Shown here in pieces: positions 1 to 7,856 of a stretch of 17,089 bases of DNA; positions within the stretch are counted from its first letter, which is position 1, and every line of letters begins with the position of its first letter. The stretch is taken from NCBI GenBank assembly GCA_965246715.1, contig CBDFFH010000026.1, positions 1 to 17,089 of the forward strand. The letters are read 5' to 3'. A model generated the notes under the pieces. It was not told where the DNA came from. It searched no databases and saw nothing but the letters and a program-made list of their open reading frames with translations. This stretch comes from Chamaesiphon sp. Lineage in GTDB: Bacteria; Cyanobacteriota; Cyanobacteriia; Cyanobacteriales; Chamaesiphonaceae. Made by a program: the position numbers and the translations under genes.

Positions 1-861
1 AGTTATCATCATCTCGTCCAGAGTGGAAAGTTACCAGGTCGAGTTAGCGACTATCTTGGTTACGATTTCGATCCCAACCGCCGAGGTTTTTGGGATTATT
101 TATTTCGGTTGCAAGTCTTGCGTGCCGATCGGATTATTACCCCATCCGAATTTTGTCGGCAGGAAGTAATTAGTTTTTTAAATGTCCAACCAGAGCGAGT
201 AACGACAACTTATTTAGCAGTCCACGAGCAATTTACCAAGCCACCACGATCGGTAATGGAACGCGAGATCGTCCTGCAATCTTTAGGGATTCACAAGCCA
301 TATTTACTCTATGTCGGCGGTTACGAACCACATAAAAATGCTGATGGGTTGCTAGAGACATTTGCCATTATCGAGCAAACTCGACCCGATCTAATGTTAG
401 TTGCTGTCGGTAGCGGAGCATTACCCGATCGACTCAAACAAAGAGCTGTAGAGTTGAATTTAGTTGAAGGGAGTGATGTTGTCTTTTTAGTCGATCTCAC
501 TACTGAGTTGACAGATTTATATGATGCTGCCGAACTATTTATATCGTTATCGTGGCGTGAAACTTTTTGCTTGCCAGCACTCGAAGCCCTCACGCGAGGC
601 GTGTCGGTAGTAGGGAGCGAATGGGGCGCACTCCCTGAAATCGTCGGCGATGCGGGGCGGGTTGTCGATCCTTGTGATTATGCGGGGGCGGCACGATCGA
701 TTATCGAGATATTGGCTACCGATCGATCCAGCAATCTCGCCCAGCAACGCGCGCAGCAATTTAGTTGGGAACAGACGACAGAGGATACTTTAGCTGTATA
801 TCGACTGTTTGCGAGCGTAGCGATCGATGAATTACAAAATAATTTAATTAGCATTAACTAG
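1..861 (+). CDS. Glycosyltransferase family 4 (GT-B), 5' end outside the window
   Basis: The frame is open from base 1 (AGT TAT CAT...), so the ORF-track start at 109 is internal. Motifs YLLYVGGYEPHKN and ETFCLPALEA (E-x7-E) are typical of GT4. Confidence 0.9.
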   Translation, partial: SYHHLVQSGKLPGRVSDYLGYDFDPNRRGFWDYLFRLQVLRADRIITPSEFCRQEVISFLNVQPERVTTTYLAVHEQFTKPPRSVMEREIVLQSLGIHKPYLLYVGGYEPHKNADGLLETFAIIEQTRPDLMLVAVGSGALPDRLKQRAVELNLVEGSDVVFLVDLTTELTDLYDAAELFISLSWRETFCLPALEALTRGVSVVGSEWGALPEIVGDAGRVVDPCDYAGAARSIIEILATDRSSNLAQQRAQQFSWEQTTEDTLAVYRLFASVAIDELQNNLISIN

Positions 862-883
862 ATCTAATACCACAGTCAATCAC

Positions 884-2083
884 ATGATAAATAGCCAGAT
901 CGACTCTAATCTATCGATAGAAGCAGCTAATAAATCTAAGAGCACAACTAGTCGCTTTAGCCCCTTAGATGGTATGAGAGGAGTTGCCATTTTATTGGTG
1001 ATTTTAGTTCATACCTTCACATATGAGGGCAGTTCTGTATTCGGTCGAAGCCTGGACACACTCACCCGTAGTGGATGGATTGGTGTAACCCTATTTTTTG
1101 TGCTCTCAGGATTTCTAATTACTGGGATCTTGCTGGATACTCAACACAAGCAGCACTATCTCCGCGATTTTTTTGCTCGTCGCTCCCTACGAATTTTTCC
1201 ATTATACTTTGCCTTTCTCGCTATATACTTCTTCGTTTTACCACATCTTCCTGAGGCTTTAGTGAAGTTACCTCAGCCACGATCTGGAGACTACATTTAC
1301 TATTGGTCTTACCTCACTAATATGAAGGAATGGCTGAGTGGAACTATAGACAATGTTGCTCCACTATCTCCGTTATGGTCGTTGGCAGTGGAGGAACAGG
1401 TCTATTTATTCTGGCCGTTTCTAATCGGTTTAGTTCCACATCGATGGCTGCCAAAGGTCTTAGTAGGGATCGTCATTTTTTCTTTTGCTTGGAGATTTTT
1501 AACGAGAGCGCTCGGGCAATCGATCTGGATATCGTATGGGTGGGCACCAGCTAACCTAGATTCATTTGCGGCTGGTGCGTTTGTTGCCTGGCTATCGCGC
1601 GATGCTGGTAAATCGCTCAAGATCTGGGCACCACGACTTGCGATCGCCTCAAGCTGTTTTCTGGTTGGCATGTTTATCGGGCAAAAACATTTCAGTTTTT
1701 GGCAGGCTCCCGTACAAATGCTAACTGTGGGAATCAGTGGCTTGGTAATCTTTTTTGCCAGTACGATCGGGTGTTCTGTCACATTTAGCGATCGATCTTT
1801 GCTCAATAGATTACTCTCCAATTCCTGGTTGCGATCTTTAGGTAAGTATAGCTACGCAATTTATTTGTTTCATTCTGTAGTAGTTGAGCTGGTGGCTCCG
1901 ATTATTTTCTCTCCTACAACTGGCTTCATCCGAGGTCGAGATATCTTTGGTGGTTTACTCCTAACTGGAGTTGTGACAGCATGTTCTTTCGGTCTAGCTT
2001 ATTTATCTTGGTATGGCTGGGAAAGTCAGTTTTTACGCTTAAAAAGATATTTTCCATTAAGTGGCAAAGTAGTTCGGCTCTAA
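884..2083 (+). CDS. Membrane-bound acyltransferase family 3 (OafA/YrhL-like)
   Basis: Motifs LDGMRGVAILLV, GVTLFFVLSGFLIT, RRSLRIFP, LWSLAVEEQVY and LGKYSYAIYLFH; many hydrophobic segments. Confidence 0.93.
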   Translation: MINSQIDSNLSIEAANKSKSTTSRFSPLDGMRGVAILLVILVHTFTYEGSSVFGRSLDTLTRSGWIGVTLFFVLSGFLITGILLDTQHKQHYLRDFFARRSLRIFPLYFAFLAIYFFVLPHLPEALVKLPQPRSGDYIYYWSYLTNMKEWLSGTIDNVAPLSPLWSLAVEEQVYLFWPFLIGLVPHRWLPKVLVGIVIFSFAWRFLTRALGQSIWISYGWAPANLDSFAAGAFVAWLSRDAGKSLKIWAPRLAIASSCFLVGMFIGQKHFSFWQAPVQMLTVGISGLVIFFASTIGCSVTFSDRSLLNRLLSNSWLRSLGKYSYAIYLFHSVVVELVAPIIFSPTTGFIRGRDIFGGLLLTGVVTACSFGLAYLSWYGWESQFLRLKRYFPLSGKVVRL

Positions 2084-2168
2084 TCTTAGGCGCTATTTAT
2101 AAATTTCGATCGACCGTAACGATCGAGGGTTAGCAATTTAATCTCAAAAATTCATTATTTATTTAGCT

Positions 2169-2768
2169 GTGATGTTAATTGTTAAGCCGATCGAATATAT
2201 CAATGGTAAGCTCAATGGTTTGCGGCTGCATCGGCAAAGATTGTGGCTGAAACTTCATGGCATCGAGTTAGGTGAAAATGTTTATATCGGTAAACATGTC
2301 GAGATCCAGCGTGCCGCTAATAGTGGCTTAAAAATTGGCAATAATGTAACGATCCTCTCGTATACGCATATCTATGCCAATCCTGGCAGTCAGATTGACA
2401 TCGGGGATGATACTTTTATCAGTCATCATTGCGAAATTGCCAGTTCGGAACGGATCGTTATCGGCCAGAAATGTGCGCTGGCGGCTTACTGTACCGTCAT
2501 CGATACTGACAAAGATTATACCGATCTGTCAACCCCAATGCCTTTGCGTCAGGCAATTACCAGCCCGATCGAGCTGGCCGAAAATGTGTGGTTGGCTTAT
2601 AAAGTTACCGTCCTTAGAGGTGTGTCGATCGGTCGGGGTGCCGTCGTTGGTGCAAATGCAGTAGTCACAAAGAATATTCCAGCATATTGCTTGGCTGTGG
2701 GGATACCCGCAAAAGCGATCGAGCAGTTTCAGAAAGTCGAGCGCGAGATAGTTTGTACGCATGACTAA
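2169..2768 (+). CDS. Hexapeptide-repeat (LbH) sugar O-acetyltransferase
   Basis: IGxxxxI hexapeptide repeats and the C-terminal GVSIGRGAVVGANAVVTKNIP...GIPAK motif. Confidence 0.9.
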   Translation: MMLIVKPIEYINGKLNGLRLHRQRLWLKLHGIELGENVYIGKHVEIQRAANSGLKIGNNVTILSYTHIYANPGSQIDIGDDTFISHHCEIASSERIVIGQKCALAAYCTVIDTDKDYTDLSTPMPLRQAITSPIELAENVWLAYKVTVLRGVSIGRGAVVGANAVVTKNIPAYCLAVGIPAKAIEQFQKVEREIVCTHD

Positions 2769-4305
2769 AACTATCTCCCGAACGCGGCGGGCAACATGGA
2801 CTTATCTGAGTAGCCTCCTGGGCTTCATCGGTACCAATGTTTTTGCCTTTGTTGCCACGCCCATAATTTTGCATTTGCTTGGTGAAGAAGCATTTGGTGT
2901 ATTTAGAGTAGCTAGCGATTGGACGGGTTATTTAACATTGTTAGAATTTGGTGTTGGTGGTGCCTTAATTCCGGTGTTAGCACGAGCATGTGCGAAAGAG
3001 ACAAAGGAGCACATCGGCTTGACGGTCGCGATCGCGATGCGCTCTTATCTATTTATCTGTGGACTGATGTTAGTCTTGGGTATAGCCCTGACCATGTTTA
3101 TCCCCAACTTAGTGCGGGTCAGTCCGAGCCTGACGACTAATTTACAATGGGGTGTCGGGTTTAGCGTGCTGGGGTTGTTGTTATTTCCACTTACGACTTT
3201 TCAAGTACTAGCGCAAGTCAGTCAGCGCGGTTATATCTTTAATGCACTCAATTTAGTGCAAAATATCTCGATTAATATTTTCTCACTGTTATTTGCTTGG
3301 CTGGGTCTGAGTATTGCCGGACAATTTGCCGCAACATTCTTAGGTAGTCTACCGTTGTATATCGGTCTGACGATCTTTTTTGTCCGGCTGTATCCCAATG
3401 TTTTCTCGACGATTTTTACTAAATCAACGGAATTAAAATTACAGATCGAGCGGGAGTTATGGCAACTTAATTGGCCTGTATTTATTATTAGTGTTTGCGG
3501 TCGATTTAGTCTGATGACCGACAATATTATTATCGCTGGAGTCCTCGGGCCGAGTTTAGTCGCATCATTTTTCTTGACTCAGCGACTGCCTACTTTAGCT
3601 GCCAACCAGATTCAGGGGATCTCAGCCGCAAGTTGGCCGGGATTGGTCGATCTCTACCACAATGGCGAAACCGATATCTTCTCACAACGGCTGGTCGAAC
3701 TGACCAAATTAACGGTAGTAGTTGGTATTGCCATTTTATTGCCAGTTACAGTTTACAACTCGAATTTTGTATCGTTATGGGTGGGAAAAACTCAATATGC
3801 TGGCGAATTAGTCACAGTTTTTGCCAGTCTGAATAACTTATTACTGGCGGTGTTTTCACTATGGACGACATTATTAATCGGGATTGGGAATGTTGCTTTA
3901 CTAGTTCCGATCGTGGTGTGTTCGGCGATCGTCAATTGTACGCTTAGTTGGCTCTGTACCGTCCATCTAGGTGTGTCGGGGCCGTTAATCGGGACTTTTA
4001 TTGCTTTCATGACAACCTATCTCTGGTGGCTGCCCTGGCTGTTTCAGCGGGAGTTGAAGATTCCGATGTGGCAGTTACTAGGCGCGGTCGTCAAACCGTT
4101 TGCGATCGGCATACCGTTGGGCTGTTTCTTATGGTTTTTTACTAGGGATACGCTGGAATTTGGCTGGATTGGTTTGGCACTAAAAATATGTTTAGCGATC
4201 GCAATTTATATATTACTAGCTTTTGGTTTACTGCTAAATAAGTCCGAGCGTGCCAATCTCTTAAATCGCTTTGCTAAGTTCATTCCTGCTAAGACAATTC
4301 ATTAA
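2761..4305 (+). CDS. wzx: Wzx-type oligosaccharide flippase (MOP superfamily)
   Basis: 514 aa, multi-TM; TPIILHLLGEEAFG and TDNIIIAGVLGP motifs; overlaps the upstream gene by 8 nt within a polysaccharide cluster. Confidence 0.85.
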   Translation: MTKTISRTRRATWTYLSSLLGFIGTNVFAFVATPIILHLLGEEAFGVFRVASDWTGYLTLLEFGVGGALIPVLARACAKETKEHIGLTVAIAMRSYLFICGLMLVLGIALTMFIPNLVRVSPSLTTNLQWGVGFSVLGLLLFPLTTFQVLAQVSQRGYIFNALNLVQNISINIFSLLFAWLGLSIAGQFAATFLGSLPLYIGLTIFFVRLYPNVFSTIFTKSTELKLQIERELWQLNWPVFIISVCGRFSLMTDNIIIAGVLGPSLVASFFLTQRLPTLAANQIQGISAASWPGLVDLYHNGETDIFSQRLVELTKLTVVVGIAILLPVTVYNSNFVSLWVGKTQYAGELVTVFASLNNLLLAVFSLWTTLLIGIGNVALLVPIVVCSAIVNCTLSWLCTVHLGVSGPLIGTFIAFMTTYLWWLPWLFQRELKIPMWQLLGAVVKPFAIGIPLGCFLWFFTRDTLEFGWIGLALKICLAIAIYILLAFGLLLNKSERANLLNRFAKFIPAKTIH

Positions 4306-4335
4306 ATATCAATTGTAAAAACATTAGAGAAGTTT

Positions 4336-4869
4336 ATGTCATCATCGATCGTCAGACGCTTGCAACTGCTTGCCAATCGCTTACCAGAGCCACTAGTCGA
4401 TAGCCACATTCGCGCGCGCACGCTAAGAAAATATGGTGCGACGATCGGCACCGATACTTACATCAGCCGACAGGCAAAGATTGCTACACCATCGAGCATT
4501 CGGATTGGTAATGAGTCGGTGATTTCGCGCGATGTGTCGATCGATGGTTGGGAATTAACGACGATCGGCGATCGTGTGCTGATCGGCGTTGGTGTAACGC
4601 TTCTCACTGGCAGTCACGATATCCATAGTCCGATTTTTGATGGCAAATTATTGCCGATTACGATCGAAGATTATGTGTGGGTAGCACAGAATGCGATGAT
4701 TTTGGGAGGCGTAACGTTGGGATACGGTAGTGTTGTCGGTGCGGGTGCGGTGGTGAGAGAGAGCGTACCACCTCTAGCTGTCGTCATCGGCAATCCCGCA
4801 ACAATAGTCACTTATCGCAAATGCTCGGAGTTTACACATTCTCCAGGTAAATTTTTGCTAGGTTGTTAA
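4336..4869 (+). CDS. Hexapeptide-repeat acetyltransferase (WcaF/maltose acetyltransferase-like)
   Basis: Motifs LLTGSHD, PITIEDYVWV, GSVVGAGAVV and GNPA. Confidence 0.9.
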   Translation: MSSSIVRRLQLLANRLPEPLVDSHIRARTLRKYGATIGTDTYISRQAKIATPSSIRIGNESVISRDVSIDGWELTTIGDRVLIGVGVTLLTGSHDIHSPIFDGKLLPITIEDYVWVAQNAMILGGVTLGYGSVVGAGAVVRESVPPLAVVIGNPATIVTYRKCSEFTHSPGKFLLGC

Positions 4870-4972
4870 TATTCATCGCCCAGACGATCGCCGATCGATC
4901 TTACGATAGAGCGAGATTATTTCGATAGAATCAAACAGTTTAAACTTTTATTACTTCGACTCTAAATGGTCT

Positions 4973-4992
4973 GTGGGCAGTGCCCACCCTAC
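4973..4992 (-). repeat. REP-like GTAG + palindrome unit
   Basis: The minus strand reads GTAGG-GTGGGC-ACT-GCCCAC: a GTAG foot followed by a perfect 6-bp stem. Confidence 0.6.
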
Positions 4993-5170
4993 TGGGACGA
5001 CACTACTGTTTGCGCTAGTGCTGTTATCGTTCGTGATGATCGTCGGTGTGCCTGTTGCTTACGCAGCACCACAAAACTGGGATCGATCGAAACAACTCCT
5101 GTTCGTCGGTTCGGGAGCTTGGACGATTTTAGTCGTGGTCGTAGGTGTGTTGAACTTCCTCGTCGTCTAG
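4973..5170 (+). CDS. psbZ: Photosystem II protein PsbZ with an atypical N-terminus
   Basis: [27 protein letters not shown]...VGVLNFLVV is clearly PsbZ, and it sits next to ribH as is common in cyanobacteria. The usual MxxxFQ start is absent, so the start codon is uncertain. Confidence 0.9.
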   Translation: MGSAHPTGTTLLFALVLLSFVMIVGVPVAYAAPQNWDRSKQLLFVGSGAWTILVVVVGVLNFLVV

Positions 5171-5314
5171 ATTGCTCGGTATGAAGATCGACTGTTAGAA
5201 CGCATCGATGTCGTCATTACAGTCGATCGCTTTGCTAGAAAGCCTCCAATCTAGTAACTGGCTTCATCACTCATACTTCGACTATGCTCAGTACAAGTAA
5301 TTCATAATTTTTAG

Positions 5315-5806
5315 ATGTCAGTTTTTGAAGGCACTCTCGTCGCAGATAGTTCTCTGCGGTTTGCGATCGTTATCGGTCGGTTTAATGACCTCGTTACTAA
5401 TAAACTCCTAGAAAGCTGTCAGGACTGTCTCAAACGACACGGAATCGATATCGACCCTGATGGTAGTCAGGTAGACTATGCGTGGGTGCCTGGGTGCTTT
5501 GAGGTACCACTGGTGGCAAAGAAATTGGCGCTATCCAAACGCTATGATGCGATTATTTGTTTGGGCGCAGTAATTCGGGGCGATACACCGCATTTTGACT
5601 ATGTATCTTCGGAAGTAGCTAAAGGTGTTGCTAATGTTGCATTTCAGACTGGTACACCAGTAATTTTTGGGGTGCTGACGGTGGATACCATGACTCAAGC
5701 TTTAGAACGAGCGGGGATTAAGGGAAATCACGGTTGGGGTTATGCACTCAATGCGATCGAAATGGCTACGCTCATGAAAACCATGCCTGCGGAAGTGGGA
5801 GCGTAG
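5315..5806 (+). CDS. ribH: 6,7-dimethyl-8-ribityllumazine synthase
   Basis: Motifs [30 protein letters not shown] and QALERAG. Confidence 0.97.
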   Translation: MSVFEGTLVADSSLRFAIVIGRFNDLVTNKLLESCQDCLKRHGIDIDPDGSQVDYAWVPGCFEVPLVAKKLALSKRYDAIICLGAVIRGDTPHFDYVSSEVAKGVANVAFQTGTPVIFGVLTVDTMTQALERAGIKGNHGWGYALNAIEMATLMKTMPAEVGA

Positions 5807-5859
5807 GAGCTTAACTGATATTTGCCTAACGTGAGTTCGGGTTGAGGATATTGCCTCCG

Positions 5860-6009
5860 CACTAGCACCGCACTCGATTGAAATCGGTGCTAGTGGTTCA
5901 AAGTCCGCCTTCGCGGACTAAGATATTCAGTCCGCGAAGCGAAAAGTGCTGCTGAGGCGCGAGCTTTTGGGGGGAAGCTTCCCCCCCAAAACGTCGCTTC
6001 GGGTCGGTC
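5860..6009. repeat. Composite palindromic repeat, copy 1, with nested hairpin inserts
   Basis: Stems CACTAGCACCG...CGGTGCTAGTG, CTTCGCGGACT...AGTCCGCGAAG and TTTTGGGGGG-AAGCTTC-CCCCCCAAAA. 5881-5949 matches 12020-12088 at 65/69. Confidence 0.85.
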
Positions 6010-6580
6010 GATTCGTGACAAGTTAAGAAAAGCCGATAGTTGTCAAGGTTGGAAAGAAAAGAGGTGAAACTGTGATGAGGAGTGAGTTAGAGTCTAGGAT
6101 GTGAGCCATGCCAAAAAAGCGGCGCACTGTGGGCGGGTTTCCCGCCCATACAAGTGCGACAAGACAGCGGACAACAAATCGCGACCAAGTCAACAAGCGT
6201 TATCACAACGATTCCTGACATTTCCTGCCGAAATATTTGAGAGAGTATTCAAAGAATTACTGCCAGAATTCGAGCGAAAATGGCACAGCCGCAAGCAAAG
6301 GCCACTGCCAGAAAGTATTCAATTTGCGCGGACTAAATTTGCCAGAATTTGGGCGTGCGATGGCTCAACATTGGAAGCAGTATTTAGAAAACTAGAGAGC
6401 CTATCGACAGTACCGAAAAATCAATTAGCTGGAAAGATTGGAGTAGTTATCGACATAGTAACTCGACTACCAGTAGAAATTTGGTTTCAGGAGAATGAAA
6501 AAGCCAGTGACATGAGGTTTGAAGTAGACATGCTGAAGCTAGTTAAGCCTCAAACATTAATGTTACTAGATCGAGGATTC
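6010..6580 (+). mobile_element. IS4-family transposase remnant (internally deleted, 3' truncated)
   Basis: SQQALSQRFLTFPAEIFERVF, IWACDGSTL (first catalytic D) and LLDRGF (second D), after which it breaks off. The likely original start is ATG 6108 (MPKKR...TTNRD) in another frame, joined at ~6187. The left end near 6010 is approximate. Confidence 0.8.
6120..6167 (+). repeat. 48-nt hairpin mini-element inserted in-frame in the IS4 transposase 5' end
   Basis: CGGCGCACT-GTGGGCGGG-TTT-CCCGCCCAT-ACA-AGTGC-GACAAGACAG, with AGCGG at both junctions. Removing it gives MPKKRTTNRD. Confidence 0.7.
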
Positions 6581-7040
6581 AGGCATTAGCATAGATTTCC
6601 CACACACTACCAGCGATCGCACCCTGTAAGCCAGAGCTAATATTGACCCAGCTTTTTCCTAACCAATCATTTAGCAGGTATCCCATTATAGCACATTTGT
6701 TCTGGTCTAGATCTTGGCGATAAGGAATAGAATTTCCACTCCAAGGCTCTATCTCTCGATCGAAACCGAACAAGAATCCATTTTGAGCGAGATTAGTGTG
6801 AACTTTGGGCTGTAATGTGTCCCAGTCGAAGTTTAACTGTCCGCCTTTCGATCGAACGTGATGGCTAAGTCCGCCAAGAAACGCCACCCCAAGGTGACTC
6901 AGAAAGCTACACTTTTGAAAATCAAGGGTCAAGTCTAAGGAGGTTTCAATTTTTTGGTTTACTGTTTGCCAGATCTCTAATAAGGCTTGGCAATGCTTAG
7001 ATGTATGATAAATGACGGGGATTTCTATTTTGACAGTCAT
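6579..7040 (-). pseudogene. Truncated STAS-like + GHKL/HATPase-type ATP-binding protein
   Basis: N-terminal LDFQKCSFLSHLGVAFL is STAS-like. The ORF ends at WEIYANA, which resembles the start of a HATPase N-box, exactly where it meets IS4 sequence. Confidence 0.6.
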
Positions 7041-7053
7041 GTAGTCGATCTAT

Positions 7054-7160
7054 CTAAGCGGTTTGTTGAAGCTCGGCATATTGCCAGTACGTGATGCCTG
7101 CATCCTCGCGGTGGATGAGCAGCCCAAACCATTGTAATCGAGCGAGATGTTCGCCATCGC
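7054..7160 (-). pseudogene. Orphan diverged duplicate of the 3' end of the MmeI-like gene
   Basis: Translates to GEHLARLQWFGLLIHREDAGITYWQYAELQQTA*, compared with GENLDRLQWFGLAIDREDAGIVYLQYAELQQTA* at 7864-7965 (27/33 aa identical). Confidence 0.9.
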
Positions 7161-7293
7161 GCCTTTGGTTCTTCATTACCGATCTTTGTCAAGCCGCCTG
7201 GATCTAGCCGTAATGGTAGAGATCGAGATAAAATTGAGATTATCGATTGCTTGCGTGTCGTCGAGTTGTTACTAATGTTTTTGAGCGATCCTG

Positions 7294-7488
7294 ATGAATA
7301 TTCGCGAACGAGTCCTCAAAGAAACCGAAAATGTCTCAGATATTATCTTGTCAGAAGTGCTGGAATATCTGCAATACCTGAAAGCCAAACACCAACAACG
7401 AATTCCCGAAACCGCTCTACTGAGTGAGTCTGTGCTGCAAGAAGATTGGCTCAAGCCTGAAGAGGAAGCAGCATGGCAAGATTTATAA
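7294..7488 (+). CDS. DUF2281-type putative antitoxin
   Basis: 64 aa with EVLEYLQYLK and LLSESVLQEDWLKPEEEAAWQDL; overlaps the downstream toxin gene by 16 nt. Confidence 0.8.
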   Translation: MNIRERVLKETENVSDIILSEVLEYLQYLKAKHQQRIPETALLSESVLQEDWLKPEEEAAWQDL

Positions 7489-7808
7489 GGGGTGATATCG
7501 TCATAGTTCCTTTCCCCTTTTCGGACTTAACCCAAACGAAACGCCGTCCCGCATTAGTAGTTGCAATTTTGCCAGGTGAGGACTTAATTCTTTGTCAGAT
7601 TACCAGTCAAACCATAATGGATGAATATGCTGTCCTAATCTCCGAGGAAGATTTTATTGCAGGCGGTTTAAGAGAACGCAGCAATATTCGACCAAATCGA
7701 TTATTTACGGCATCTGAAAACATTATCATCTACAAAGCTGGTCAAATTTCACTAGAAAAATTGGATAATGCGATCGACAAGATCGTTGAAATACTGCAAA
7801 AGTTTTAG
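7473..7808 (+). CDS. PemK/MazF-family toxin (type II TA)
   Basis: Motifs RGDIVIVPFPFSD, KRRPALVV and CQITS. Confidence 0.92.
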   Translation: MARFIRGDIVIVPFPFSDLTQTKRRPALVVAILPGEDLILCQITSQTIMDEYAVLISEEDFIAGGLRERSNIRPNRLFTASENIIIYKAGQISLEKLDNAIDKIVEILQKF

Positions 7809-7823
7809 TCAAGTGGTTACGAC

Positions 7824-7856
7824 ATATCCCCGACTTCTTGAAGAAGTCGGGGATAT
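7824..7856. terminator. Perfect 16-bp inverted repeat between convergent genes (possible bidirectional terminator or dispersed repeat)
   Basis: ATATCCCCGACTTCTT-G-AAGAAGTCGGGGATAT; no clear poly-U tail. Confidence 0.55.

Noticed and set aside
5826..5845. TAACGTGAGTTCGGG as a possible IS/MITE end
   Set aside because: No matching inverted partner was found in the window.
6161..6167. AAGACAG tail as a Tn5/Nextera adapter remnant
   Set aside because: It shares only AGACAG with the mosaic end and lacks AGATGTGTAT.
5860..6170. Clustered hairpins as a CRISPR array or structured ncRNA
   Set aside because: No identical, regularly spaced repeats and no cas genes; nested dispersed repeats explain the pattern better.
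7186..7215. TTGTCA-N17-CGTAAT as the TA promoter
   Set aside because: The -10 match is too weak to support without TSS data.
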